Positions 36,355 through 50,734 of a stretch of 64,000 bases of DNA are shown one piece after another. Position 1 is the first letter of the stretch. Each line of letters opens with the position of its first letter. The notes beneath the pieces are model-generated. The model was not told where the DNA came from and did not search any database. It saw only the letters and a program-made list of their open reading frames with translations. This DNA comes from the human T2T-CHM13v2.0 reference genome, Homo sapiens: NCBI RefSeq assembly GCF_009914755.1, contig NC_060947.1, one strand, 5' to 3'. Made by a program: the position numbers and the translations under genes.

Positions 36355-38652
36355 TGTATTAATCTGGTCTCACAATGCTATTAGGTTGGCGCAAAATAAT
36401 CGTGGTTTTTGCCATTAGACATACCCGAGACTAGGTAATTTATAAAGGAAAGAGTTTTCATTGACTCACAGTTCCACATGGCTGAGGAGACCTCACAATC
36501 ACGGCAGAAGGCAAAGGAGGAGCAAAGTCACGTCTTGCATGGCGGCAGGCAAGAGAGCATGTTCAGGGAAATTCCCCATTATAAAACCATCAGATCTCGT
36601 GAACTTATTCACTGCCATGAGAACAGCGTGGGAAAGACCGGCCCCCATGATTCAGTTACCTCCCACGACATGTGGGAATTATGGGAGCTACAATTCAAGA
36701 TATTTGGGTGTGGACACAGAGCCAAACCATATCATTTCATCACTGGCCCCTCCCAAATCTCATCTCCTCAGGTTTCAGAACCAATCATGCCTTCCCAGCA
36801 GTTCCCCAAAGTCTTAACTCATTTCAGCATTAACTCAAAAGTCTGCCGTACAAATTCTCATCTGAGACAAGGCAAGTCCCTTCCATCTATGAACCTGTAA
36901 AATCAAAAGCAAGTTAGTTACCGTAGATACAATGTGGGTATAGGCATTGGGTAAATATGCCTGCTCCAAATGGGAGAAATTGGCCCAAACGCAGGGGCTA
37001 CAAGCCCCATGCAAGTCCAAAATCCAGCAGAGCAGTCAAATCTTAAAGTTCCAAAATGATCTCCTTTGACTCCATATCTCACATCCAGGTCATGCAGATG
37101 CAAGAGGTGGGTTCCCATGGTCTTGGCCAACTCTGCCTCTGTGGCTTTGCAGCGTACAGCCTCCCTCCTGGCTGCTTTCACGGGTTGACATTGAGTGTCT
37201 GTGGCTTTTCCAGGCACATGGTGCAGGCTGTTGGTGGACCTGCCATTCAGGGTTCTGGAGGACAGTGGCCCTCTTCTCACAGCTGCACCAGGCAGTGCCC
37301 CAGTGGTGACTCTGTGTGGGAGCTTCAACCCCGCATTTCCCTTCTACACTGCCCTAACAGAGGTTCTCCACGAGGACCTGGCCACTGCAGCAAACTTCGG
37401 CCTGGACATTCAGGAGTTTCCATACATCTTCTGAAATCTAGGCAGAGGCTCCCAAACCTCAAGTCTTGATTTCTGTGCATCAGCAGGCTCAACACCATGT
37501 GTAAGCTGCCAAGACTTGGGGCTTGCACCCTCTGAAACAACAGCCCAAGCTGTACCTTGGCCCCTTTTAGCCACAGCTGGAGTGGCTGGGACACAGGGCA
37601 ACAAGTCCCTAGGCTGCACACAGCAAGAGGACCCTGGGCCTGGCCCATGAAACCATTTTTTTTCCTCCTAGGCCTCTGGGCCTGTGATGGCAGGGGCTGC
37701 TGTGAAGATCTCTGACATGCTCTGGAGACATTTCCCCATTGTCTTGGTGATTAACGTTTGGCTCCTTGTTACTTTTGCAAATTTCTGCATTTGGCTTGAA
37801 TTTCTCCTCAGAAAACGGGTTTTTCTTTTCTATTGCATAATCAGGCTGCAAATTTTCCAAACTTTTATGCTCTGCTTCCTCTTGAACCCTTTGCTACTTA
37901 GAGATTTCTTCCAGAAGATACCCTAAATTATCTCTCTCAAGTTCAAAGTTCCACATATCTCTAGGGAAGGGGCAAAATTCCGCCAGTCTCTTTGCTTAAA
38001 CATAACAAAGGTCACCTTCGCTCCAGTTCCCAACAAATTTCTCATCTCCATCTGAGACTATCTCAGCCTGAACCATATTGTCCGTATCATTATCAGCACT
38101 TTGGTCAAGGTCATTCAACAAGTTTCTAGGAAGTTCCAAACTTTCCCACATCTTCCTGTCCTTCTGAGCCCTCCAAACTATTTCAACCTTTGGCTGTTAC
38201 CCAGTTCCAAAGTTGCTTCCATATTTTCAGGTATCTTTACAGCAGTGCCCCACTCTACTGACACTAATTTATTGTATTAGTCTGTTCTCACGCTGCTCGT
38301 AAAGACATACCTGAGCCTTAATAATTTATAAAGGAAATTTATAAAGGAAAGAGGTTTAATTGACACAGTTCCACATGGTTAGGGAGGGCTCACAATCATG
38401 GTGGAAAGCAAAGGAGGAGCAAAGTCATGTCCTGCATGGTGGCAGGCAAGACAGCATGTGCAAGGGCATTCCCCTTTATAAAACCATTAATCTCAAATCT
38501 CGTGACACTTATTCACTATCACTAGAAGAGCACGGGAAAGACCTGCCCCCATGATTCAATTACCTCCCACCAGGTCCCTCCCATGACATGTGGGAATTAT
38601 GGGAGCTACAATTCAAGATGAGATTTGGGTGAGAAACAGCCAAACCATATCA
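36355..38652 (-). mobile_element. Full-length THE1 (THE1C-like) ERVL-MaLR provirus: 3' LTR 36355-36734, internal 36735-38272, 5' LTR 38273-38652
   Basis: Two ~380-bp direct repeats tgtatta...aaaccatatca; THE1-int sequence between them; polypurine tract next to 36735; 5-bp TSD tatgg/tgtgg. Confidence 0.93.
36381..36417. mobile_element. Half MADE1 nested in the THE1 3' LTR
   Basis: ta|ttaggttggcgcaaaataatcgtggtttttgccatta; absent from the sister LTR at ~38297-38303. Confidence 0.85.
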
Positions 38653-39398
38653 TGTGGCAAAATATACTATGATTCCTGGAGATGACAGTGATAAAATATG
38701 GGAAAATAACTTAAGTGCCTGGCAAGGGGATTACTGGTGGGATGGGGGAGGACTCAAATGAATACTGGAAATAGTCAACATAAATATTTTCAAATATTTT
38801 ATGTAATTACTATGGTTGCTATTACAGAAATTACCCAATGAACTAATAAATAATGACTGGATAAGGATAAATTCTAATTAGCACTTGACATGAGCATATG
38901 GGTGCATTTTAAGTTTTTGCAAAGTATATGCGCTTATGGATAAACATAACTCCTAAGAAACTCTTTTCCAAATGGTAAGTTGACTTATCCTTTTCTTAGT
39001 CATTATGCCTGGTGTATCACAAATTCTAGATCAATAAGATATAAATTGTAGAGGATAAATGGAACCTATGCTACCTAAGTCACAGTTACCAGAATTTTTG
39101 CTGCCCTCCACTGTGGTAAAAATAGTTAAATCACAAGAAAATCAGTTTTGGTCAAGGATGTCTTTATTAAAAATTGAATATTTAGAATATAAGGTGGGGT
39201 TAGTATACACTTGAATCTCTATACTTGCTGCATTTCCATTCCATGTCCAAGTTAGTAGTATTTTTTCAAAATAATGACTAAAGCTTTTCAGTATCTTCAA
39301 GTGGCAATAAAGTATTCTATTACATTCTAAATAATGGACTTCAGAAAATAGGACAGTGGACATTATAGAAAGGTTTTCAACAAGGGGTGGAATTGAAA

Positions 39399-39592
39399 CA
39401 GTGGTTCTCTAAATTTGGCAGCCATCAGAATCTCCCAGAGAGCCTGATAAAACACCTATTTCTGGGCGTCACTCACAGAATTTCTGATTCAGTAGATTTG
39501 GGGGTGTGGGTCCAAAAAATTATCCTTCCTAATAAGTTCATATGTGATGCTGCTGCTACTGCTGGACTGATCACCACACTTTGAGAACCACC
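39399..39592 (-). mobile_element. MER5-type hAT-Charlie MITE
   Basis: cagtggttctctaaattt...tttctgattcagtagatttgggg...accacactttgagaaccac. Confidence 0.8.
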
Positions 39593-39845
39593 AAATTTAT
39601 AGACCTTCAGCTTAACTCTGTTTTCTCTCAGATGTCCAGTTAACATGCATCCTCTATTCTCTGACAATTCCAGTTGAGATTTTAGTAAATATGGCTGCAT
39701 AGTTTAGTTACTGAGGAATTTTTTTTGGCATATACCATTTGTCTTTTTTATATATTTTCACTTACAAGTTTTTTTTTCCTCTTGATAGTATAGCAAAGTG
39801 TGAGAAATTTTGCAGTCTCCTTACTGGATATGTATTAGTACTCAG

Positions 39846-40145
39846 TTCATTCAGGCATTCAACATATATCAATTGAAAACTATCTATTTGTCAGGTGTTG
39901 TGCTAGATGCTGAGGATAAAATGGTAAGCTGAATAGACATGCTCCTGACCCAGTGGTGCTTACAATCTATTTGCAAAGACCAGCGTCAATCAAATAATCA
40001 CACACATAAATGTATAATTGGTCAGAAGAGAAATATCATGGCTGTCTGTGGGTGAATAACAAACCTTAATTAAGCTGGGAAATGAGAAAAACTTCCTTGA
40101 GGAATAAAAGCTTGAACTGAGATCTGAAGGATGAATAAACATTTA
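39846..40145 (-). mobile_element. L2 LINE 3' end, antisense
   Basis: ttcattcaggcattcaacatat...tgtcaggtgttgtgctagatgctgaggata...tgaactgagatctgaaggatgaata. Confidence 0.75.
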
Positions 40146-41556
40146 ATGCATAAATTATTTGTGAAGATAAGAATTTTCATGGGACACTTCACAAATTTTG
40201 GCCTATATAAATCAGAAAAACAAATAGGAAGTAAGTAAATAGCTTAATAATGACCATTAATAAAGAAGTGTACGTACCAGGCACCATGCTTACAAAGTTA
40301 GGAAAATTACTGAGAATGTCTTACATTCCTTTTATAGTTGAGCTCTTCTGACTCACATAATATAAGCAAGATCTTCCAGGGTTTATGTTAGTTGAATGGC
40401 TTTAATTCTGGTTTGTCATGGTTGAAAATGAGGAGTTACCACAGTGTACATGTTGTGCCCATTCAATATAGTCAATGCTTAATTCTCCACGTGAAAATCA
40501 ACTTTTTGTGGCTTATCTGTTTTCGTTTTGTTTGGCTGTCTCTTCTTCTTTTTGGTGAAAGTGTACTCAGGTGAAAGACATGCAATAATATCAATGGTGA
40601 ATAACCGTAAATTAGGGGAGTAGTTTTCTGAAAAGAAGATCTTAATATTCCACAGGAAGTAAGGTAGACTTTTTGAATAGTCATGATTTTGAGTTTATCC
40701 TTTTGCTTCCATTCATCTATGGTGATAATTAATTTGCACAAAGTTAAAAAAAGACATTTTGCTCTTTTGATAAAGTATTTTTGAAGTGGGCAGTAATACA
40801 TAAACCTGTACTCAAAGAAAATATTGCTAGGATAATTATAATAGTTATATGCTCTTGTACATCACTCTTTAGTTAACTCATATTACCTGGATGAAAATTT
40901 ACTAGTTGGGCCCTCAATTTATATGTGTCAAAAATAAACTTTCTGAGAAACTGAGTTTATTAATACAATAAAATCTGAATGAAATATTATTGAAGATATT
41001 AGTTTTAAAATAGGTTTTCCTTAGTAGCAATCCCATTTGGATGAAATTATCCCACAGGAATGCAATTGACAAATTCCACCTTGGAGTTGTAGCTTGCCAG
41101 TATCTTGAAGAAAATAGTTTGGAATTTGAAAATAAAAACAAAACAACAAAAACCAAACCTAGCCTTAATGTTGAAATGTAAACTCTTTTGAGACCCTCCA
41201 TATTTTGCTTCTTCACCCCTGATTAAACTGTTTCCTTGACCATCCTTTCCTTCCCATTCCAGTCGTCACTTAGGTTTGTTCCTTGCACAAACTTCTTTCT
41301 AAAAGCATGTGTTTATTTAGTTTTCCATAAATGGAATGTTCTTCCTTTTAAGCATATACAAACACCACCTATCCTTCAAGACATAGCTCAAACCCCAACT
41401 TCCAGTTAAATATCTCTGGTGAAATACCTGGCTTCTCTGCCTCCACAAATCTTTGGTTTTAATCCAACTCTCTCTAATTTCGCTAGCCTTTGGAGTCTTC
41501 CATCAGACAATTGAGGCAGTACTTGCAGTGCCTTAATCTCTAAACATTACATATAG

Positions 41557-41778
<222 letters not shown>

Positions 41779-42380
41779 TGATCTTTTAAGAACCTGGGAG
41801 TAATATATACAATGCACCTTATACCTGCTCACATCAGATAGTTTAGGTATTCCAAACATAACCTGTGCATCAGGATATCTGAAAAGGCCAAAAAGCTTTT
41901 GAGAAAGCCAATTTGCAGCTGACGCCTTTAAATAAGCTGGGTAACAAACTCCTTTGAAATCATGGCCTTTAATACCTCTGTCGGATTAAGACTACTGTGT
42001 TCAGTGGATCATGGAAATGACCACTTGGATTATTTATTATGTTGTTATTATTTTAGAGTTCTTTAAACAAAAACATAGCACAAGCATCATAGATTAAGAT
42101 GAAGATGAGTCAGAAGAAGTCAGTATTTTATGGAATGGCCTCAAACCAACTGTAGCCTTTTGGCAGACAAACATTTTCTTTGATTACTGCCCCCTTTTTA
42201 AATTTCTTTATTTTCCACACCCAGTTGGATGAGAGCAACAATCTTCTTGATGTACCAAATTCCATCTTTTGTGACTTCAGTTCTTAGGGTCATCCAAGAA
42301 GGATATTAACAGAATTGAACAGTACTACTCATACAATGTTAGAATGTCCTTCCTGTCATTTTGGTTGGATTCACTTGTGA

Positions 42381-42633
42381 TAATAGTGTAAATGGTTGAG
42401 AGTTCAAACTCTGGGCTGAGTTTACATTTAGTTTACTAAGGATAAGTTTTATTACTTGGAATCTGTTACTTAATATTTCCAAGGCTCACTTTCCTCATCT
42501 ATATTATAAGGGTGATATTAACACCTTCCTCAAAGGGTTTCTGAGAGGAATTAGTAATTTACTCCATGTAAAGCACTTAGTACAATCCTTGGCAAAGAAT
42601 AAGGGCTCAATAAATGTTAGCAGTTTTATTGTT
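42381..42633 (+). mobile_element. MIR SINE
   Basis: ctcactttcctcatctata...catgtaaagcacttagtacaatccttggc...ctcaataaatgttagc. Confidence 0.75.
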
Positions 42634-43124
42634 ACTTTATTATGAATCTCCAGTTAGTGTCTGAGGCAGTCTCACTACAGCTTAACATTGCATACCACAT
42701 CATGGGTTAGCCAGGTCATGGGTAAATTTTAGTGGTGAATGGGCTAGAGCCAAAGTGTTAAGCCAACACAGATTACAAATGCTGTAAAATGAATTTCCAC
42801 ATTCCCCTAAATTCTCAGCCTACAAAGCTGACTAGAAAATATTTTGGACTAAACAAATGGTTGGGTAAGAAATAGAGCAAAACTATAGCTGAGCTGTGAT
42901 ATTCAAGATGTCCAGATCTTTACTCTTATGGCTAGTTGGAAATACGGAGGCTAAAAAGGAAGGTAAAGTGGCCCAATGTATACAAACATTACTTTTGGTG
43001 CTCTTTTTTTTCGTGGGTGTCCTGATTTATTTTCCTTTCCTTATAGCCAAAAGTCATATTTCTGGGAACGGGTTGTAGTGATTCCAGCCTAAAGAAAGAA
43101 TTGTGTCTGAAACATCAAAATTAA

Positions 43125-43355
<231 letters not shown>

Positions 43356-44366
43356 TAAGTCCAAAACATCTTAATGGAGAAAGCTCCTTTAAGATAACTA
43401 TGCTTTCTATCATGTCCCTGCCAATATCCTCTACTTATTTGAGCTGGGTTTTCCCTGCCTGCAAAACCAGTCAAAATTTGAAAATTTGTTTGGGAGAGGA
43501 GGCGGGGCAAAAGAAAGAGGATGCACATACCTGCTTCTTTGAAATCATGTAGATAAAACAACTTTTGAATTATAATGGGGATTTACTTTTTGGCCATCGC
43601 TTTACCCTCTATTAGAAATAGCTATTATATTTATTTCAACAATTGAATTGAGTATTTACCATGTGCAAATTTCGATGCCAAGGGAAGGGATTTAAAAAAA
43701 TAAAAAAATTATTTCACATGACAGAGTCATATTTTCTCAAGAATATCAAATAACTTTTAAATTATGTAAGGATGAATTGCTTCTTTGGATTTTTTCAGAT
43801 ATGTAAAGAAATGATATTGATCAGAATCGATGCTCCAATAATATGCAAGTCAAGTTCAGAATTATAAATCAAAAGACTGGAAGTACCTAGCTTTCTATGC
43901 CAGAATTCAGAGTTATATAATTTACTTGAAAATAACCACACATACTTTCTGATTTTCTTGTCCTTAAGCTCATAGGGAACAATATATTGTACCCTTTAAT
44001 GTGTAAAATAAATATCAATAGTTTTTAGAATAATACCATAAAAATCATGTCAGTACATTGTAGTGGCAGATAATCCCATGGATATAGAGGATAAGTCACT
44101 TGCATTATTTTTCAACAGTTTGTAAACATGTGTCTGAACATGACCTTAAGATATTTCCCATTTTCTTGCTAAATAGATAGAACAAGAGTAGAGATTTTGT
44201 TCATTCATTAGGAACATTTTTCACTGAACATTTGTGGAAGAAGCATGAGGTAGTAATTGTTTATTCTTGGAATAAGTGAAAGTAGTTTCAAGAGAGTGTA
44301 TTATTTCTTTTGTGTCTGTCTAAAAGCTATAAAGCTAGAAACACAATTTTAAAATACATAAGGAGA

Positions 44367-44685
<319 letters not shown>

Positions 44686-46382
44686 AAATACATGAAGGGC
44701 ATACATACTTCACATTTAAATACGCAGGATAGATAGTTAATCACAAGGCTAAACACTGTGTTCGCATATAGAGCAACACTGTCATATACTTGTGTCAAGT
44801 TGCTGGTCAACGCAAACATTTACAGCACAAAAGAGAAATTGTATGTAAATGAAAAACCACTGAAATATCTGTCACAATGTCCATGCACTAAAGTTCATGT
44901 ACCTTCCTCTGGAGGAGAGACCTTCTACTGCTGGATTAGAGTTTAATCAGATTTACTTTACATGTAGTCCCTGTACAGTTTGTTCTAGATTTCTCAGATT
45001 ATCATTATTTTGAAGTAACACATTATAAAATTTAATCACACATATTTTGCACTTAATTCTTTTACAATTTGTTTTAAATTTTTAAGATTATAGTTGTTTT
45101 TAAGCAACATAGTATAAGAAGAAAGTTTCAGAAAGCAAACCTAATGACAGCCAAAGGAACTGATAGAAGGGAAAGAGATGGAAAAATGATTATATTGCAG
45201 TTGCAATTGCTCGATAATCTTCATATTCCAGCCTGTAAGGTCATGAAAGAAAACTTTAAATTATGCCATTGTTGAGGTTTCATCTCGTCTTGGCTTTCAT
45301 TTCTCTTTCTCTTGCTCTTTTTTCTTTTCTTCTATTAATCAGTCTTCTAGTCTTTTCTCCTTTCATTTTCTCCTCTGGATATGTGCCATATAGCAACTTA
45401 TGGCCTTCCTAGGTAATTCTTGGCCCCTAATGCCAGTTCACAGGGATAGTGAGAATGCTGGGCAATTATTTAACCTGTTTCTTTTTAAAAATCTAGATAA
45501 AAACATGGCACAACACCCAATGGTGATCTTCACAAATATTGTGGACATTTTTTTGTTGTTGTCGTTCTTGTTAGATCCTCTAAAACTGCCTTAAACTCTT
45601 AGGTTTTTCTTTTTCCTTTTTCTTCTCTTCCCCTAAATTCCTGAAGCTTCTTTTTAGTCAGTTTTGTTCGCCATCCTCTGGATTCCTGGAAACCATTCTA
45701 AATTAGAAAATCTACTTCATTTTTCATCCCTGTTTTATTTTTTCTGGAATAAATAACCCCAGCCTACTTCAGCCTTTTTTCTGTTTCTGAGGATACCATA
45801 CCAAATATTTTCTTATAATGTATCCCACAGATGAATAGAAGACTGAACTTTTATAATCTAAGCTAAGATGTAGATACCACAGTAAATACCTGCATCTGAT
45901 TCAAAAGGTCTATGTAGGAATTTAAACTAAATTCTAGCAGAAAAACTCATTTTTATTTATCAGTGTGATAGAGCCTTCTCATATCATGTGTGAGGCTTCC
46001 TGATCAACTGCTAATAAGTTTTAGATTTCTTTGTTCTTGCTTATAGTTCTGGTCTTCCTCCAGCTTGGTTCCCAGGTCCAAACACTACATATGTTATCAT
46101 TTCGGAGGTTCAGAGTGTCCCGACAGAACATTATTTTTAATATTCATGGTAAACAATCAGCCAAACCTACTGTAGATTTATAATAGCACTGCTGAGTCTC
46201 ATTCCAAAATAAATAGCAGGAAAAGCTTATTTCCCAGTATTCCTGGAGTAGACTTCATGGTAAAGTTTGCTAGGCTGGAATGAAAATCTGTTATCCATTG
46301 TGGCTTTTGTATCAGCTTTCCAAGTTAAAGCAATAACTTATTAAGCTTTTTTCTCCTGATTGATTATTTTGACATATAATGA

Positions 46383-46589
<207 letters not shown>

Positions 46590-47540
46590 TAATGATAAAA
46601 CAAAAAATAAAAAGCAGGCAGCTCCACATTTTACATTAAATGCTAGTAGGAAATACAAGCCTCTATTTCGGTAAGTGGTTTGATTATATTCATAAAATAA
46701 TATTTTCTGAGAATGTGGACAAAGTATATACCACTGAGAGTTACCTGCATTTGAGGCAGAATGTGTGGTTTATGTTGCTTGCAACCTATTGGTAAAAATA
46801 TTATATAATGTGGATTTATATGTATATAAAAATTTAACTTCCAGGAGCAAAGGGCATTGTAAACTTAAAAATGAATAAATGTAAAGCCAATTATTAACCC
46901 CCACAGTAACTTAGCTCCAGAAAAGACAAAAAATAATTTGATTACTCAGGGTAATGGAGAAAATCCTTGGCATGTTTCACTTCCAAAACCACAGAAAATC
47001 AGTGTAATAGACAAATTAAGTAACAATTCATGCTATTTATTAAAATTTCCACTGAAACTGCAATTTGAACAATATACATATATCCATGTACACATTTCAA
47101 AAGGTTGATGTGGAAAGAAAACTCTGCATTTGCTATAGACTGGAAAAACCTCACTCACTCTCCACATAAGTCCAAACAATTAATTGTGGTCTCCCTGAGT
47201 GGAACCTAGGACTCAAAACTTGAAGTTGATTAAGATTCATCTCTTTTCCCTTTCCTTAAGTGCCCTTTACATGATCTGCAAAATAATTATTTACTGAGAG
47301 TCTATTATGTTCGGTGCTGTTAGGAGCTACGAAGACTATGGAAGCATGTTCTTCAAGTGGCTTTTTATAAATAATGCTTTATAATTGTATACTTTTTGCA
47401 GTCTTCCAAGGACTTTCACCTGTATTCGTTATTTATTTTTAGTTTTTAGCACCATGTAACTGAAAGAAGTCTTAAGCATAGACTATCACAACTCAAGCTA
47501 AGAAATCTATCAACTAGGGTTCTAAAAATCCAGTTAACCT

Positions 47541-47811
<271 letters not shown>

Positions 47812-47955
47812 TTAGGAGTCATTTAGCCAGCCGTTGTATCTCTAGCCCTGTGCCCTTTCCACACTCTGAAGAAAAAAAGTACTAAACAGTTGGTAGTGAA
47901 GAGAATTTTCTAGAGTCTTTTTCTAGTCTTAGTTTAGTATATTCCAGGAACTGCT

Positions 47956-47960
<5 letters not shown>

Positions 47961-48003
<43 letters not shown>
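47961..48003. repeat. (AC)21 microsatellite, followed by an antisense MIR remnant (~48025-48110)
   Basis: Direct read. Confidence 0.93.
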
Positions 48004-48006
<3 letters not shown>

Positions 48007-48426
48007 CAGTCCTATGTAAGTGTATGCTATTGTTATCACCATTTTACTTAGAGTGGAATTAAGGCACAGGGAGTTAAAACATTTGCCCAAGATGATACAA
48101 CTGGTGGGTCTATGTAATAAAATGTCTTTATGGCAAGTTTCTTTTGGTATTTCAGGTAAAACGATAATATCAATGCATCCAAGATGAACTTTCCTTGAGC
48201 TTAACTCCATTCCCTATCAACCTGTTGTGTAGTGAGGTACTGGCTGGTCAGTAGCTCAGATTATGTCTTCCTATAATGTCACTCTATAATAAAGCTTCAT
48301 TATGGGAAACCCATAAAAGAGCTCTGGCATTGACATCCACACCCCCAGCTAAACATTGTTTTGAGATTCTAAATACTACCAATTTCCTATTTTTAAGTGA
48401 CTTTTTTGTCATCTTTGTCTTTGCAG

Positions 48427-48481
48427 AGTGATGTGTGGTCTGTGGGAATTACTGCCATTGAAATGGCTGAAGGAGCCCCTC
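48427..48481 (+). CDS. NRK: NRK coding exon (exon 9): SDVWSVGITAIEMAEGAP (subdomain IX)
   Basis: ttgcag|AGT...CCTC|gtgagt; 55 nt, phase 0/1. Confidence 0.96.
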
Positions 48482-50427
48482 GTGAGTAAAAAATGTTTGA
48501 TATTTGTTAAAGATTAGGGAAATGTACTGTACAAATCATACAAATCTCTCTCTGTCGAAGAAGATGAGATTGCCACTTGTACCACTCAGCTTTCACTGGC
48601 CACACAGGTGTCATACTATGTGCCAAACTACGAATGGTGGCCTTTTCAGTGATTACCAAATGCTTTCTTCAGAATAGCTAGATGTGGGTATATAAATCAG
48701 CTTGTACTTTTCTTTCTTATAATATCTTATTTTACATTGACTGAGTGTTGTTTCCATTTAGTCTCAGTAGTATTTGGTCCTGACAGTCCTGAGCAACCAG
48801 AATAAGGATTCTGGTTGGCGTTCCAGTCTATATTTCCTGGTGGAATATTTAGATTCCAGAACATTTACAGTCACACAGTGCTACTGCCTCAGGCTGTGAT
48901 AGTTGAGAAAATTCTCCAGCATTTCATTGAAATTGAGCTAATGTCAAGAAGTAAGCCTGTTTTTTTTTTCCTCTGGAGTCAATTCAACTTACCTTTGTGC
49001 CCTCTTTACTCCTTTCAGCTACCTCAGCGCCCATTTCATCTTCTTTTCTCTACCTCCCCATCATTTAAATGACCTGTTAGCATCCTGTTCTCTCAAGGCA
49101 CTGCTTTCTGATAGGAAAGTAAAAATGGAATGTAAACTGGGTATAAGTGATTGATAACCATCTAATGTGTGACTCCAGAGCATGGCATATTTGCTGTCCT
49201 TAGTACCTAAAATCCAAAAGTATAAATGACAATGCATCTTTGGTATTGTTGGATGAGAAGTGTAAAGTAATGCCTTCTGGGGTATGGGGAGGGTTGCTTT
49301 GCTTTCCCCTCTCCAAAGCAGATCCTATAGGTTCCCATGTTCTTGTATGCTCTATCTGCAAAATGTCCACCCATCAAGTTTTATGAGCTTGAACTATCTT
49401 AGCATTTTGTTTCAAGGCCAATGAGAGGAATTTCAAGAAATAGAAATAATGGTAACATAATTGTTGAAAATTCCTGGTATCCCTTGGAATATTAAAGAGG
49501 GGCTGGGATAAAGCTAGGACACCTGTGGAGATCATGTTGCTTCTTGCCTGTATTATAATGCCCCCAAATCAGCAAAGTACCTAAGTTGGGTGAATAAAAA
49601 ATTAATAATGGAAAATGTTAAACAATAAGAAGATTACATACGACACATATATAAAATTGAAATTATACTGAGGGGATGTGGACTATTCCTCATCATCTCC
49701 TGATTATTTCTGTTTTGGAAACATACTTAGATTATGTTAAATTGAGCAGCAGCAACTAATATTTCATATTAGTATTGATGCATGGATTTGGTTAGGATAC
49801 ATGCCTGCATTGAGTAGTATCTTTTTTCCATTGTTTCTGAATGCTCCTCACCATGCCTTTCCGGGAAACCAACTTTCTATGTTTTCCAGTTTGTACTTCC
49901 TGGGTCACCTTCGTTTGTTTCACTTTTTTTTTTTATTCCAAAATATTAAGTTACGGGAAAAAGTATTGCTGAGCAAACTCACAGGAGTGCAGAGAAGGAG
50001 TTTTGCACAGATTACACAAATGGCAAGCTTCTTACAAAAGATAAGTGAAGGCCAGGAGATTTGGAACTCACAAAGGGAGAAAATAGGGCTGGCCTGCCTG
50101 GGTCAGTAATTGGAGTAATACAACTTTGGTCAAGAGCAGCCCTAAATAGCCTCCCTACTAAAACATTTCTCTTTTACCGGTGTCCTTTGTTGCCTGGAAT
50201 ATTAATTTTGTATGGAAATAATTGTCATCAGTTTAACTGCAGAAATCCTCCAGGTTATGATAATTATTATCTCATAAGGGATGGCCTTCCAAAGTGACAA
50301 TTATCTGATAATATCCTCTGAGTTCCAGATAACAAAATTCTCTTCCTTTGGTCTTCCTTTGGTGAGTCTTTTCCAGAGAAGTAAAGAGAGAGAAAGAATA
50401 ACTTCTCCTTGATAGGATGCCATGGGG

Positions 50428-50734
50428 CATAGGTTCCCAAACCCTGGGCCACACAGCAGGAGGTGAGCGGCGAGCAAGTGAGCAAGCATTACCACCTGAG
50501 CTCTGACTCCTGTCAGATCAGCAACGGCATTAGATTCTTCTAGGAGTGGGAACCCTATTGTGAACTAAGCATGCAAGGGATCTAGGTGGTATATTTCTTA
50601 TGAGAATCCAACTCATGCCTGCTGTTCTGAGATGGAACAGTTTCATCCCCAAACCAACCCCCTACCCCTAGGTCCATGGAAAAATTGTCTTCCACGAAAC
50701 TAGTCCCTGGTGCCAAAAAGTTTGGGGACCACTG
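50428..50734 (+). mobile_element. MER1B-like hAT-Charlie MITE
   Basis: ctgggccacacagcaggaggtgagcggcgagc...tccatggaaaaattgtcttccacgaaactagtccctggtgccaaaaagtttggggaccactg. Confidence 0.88.

Noticed and set aside
36461-38554. Dense cluster of 60-140 aa ORFs on both strands
   Set aside because: All lie in the THE1 LTR/internal sequence (GC-richer, decayed MaLR ORF); not host genes
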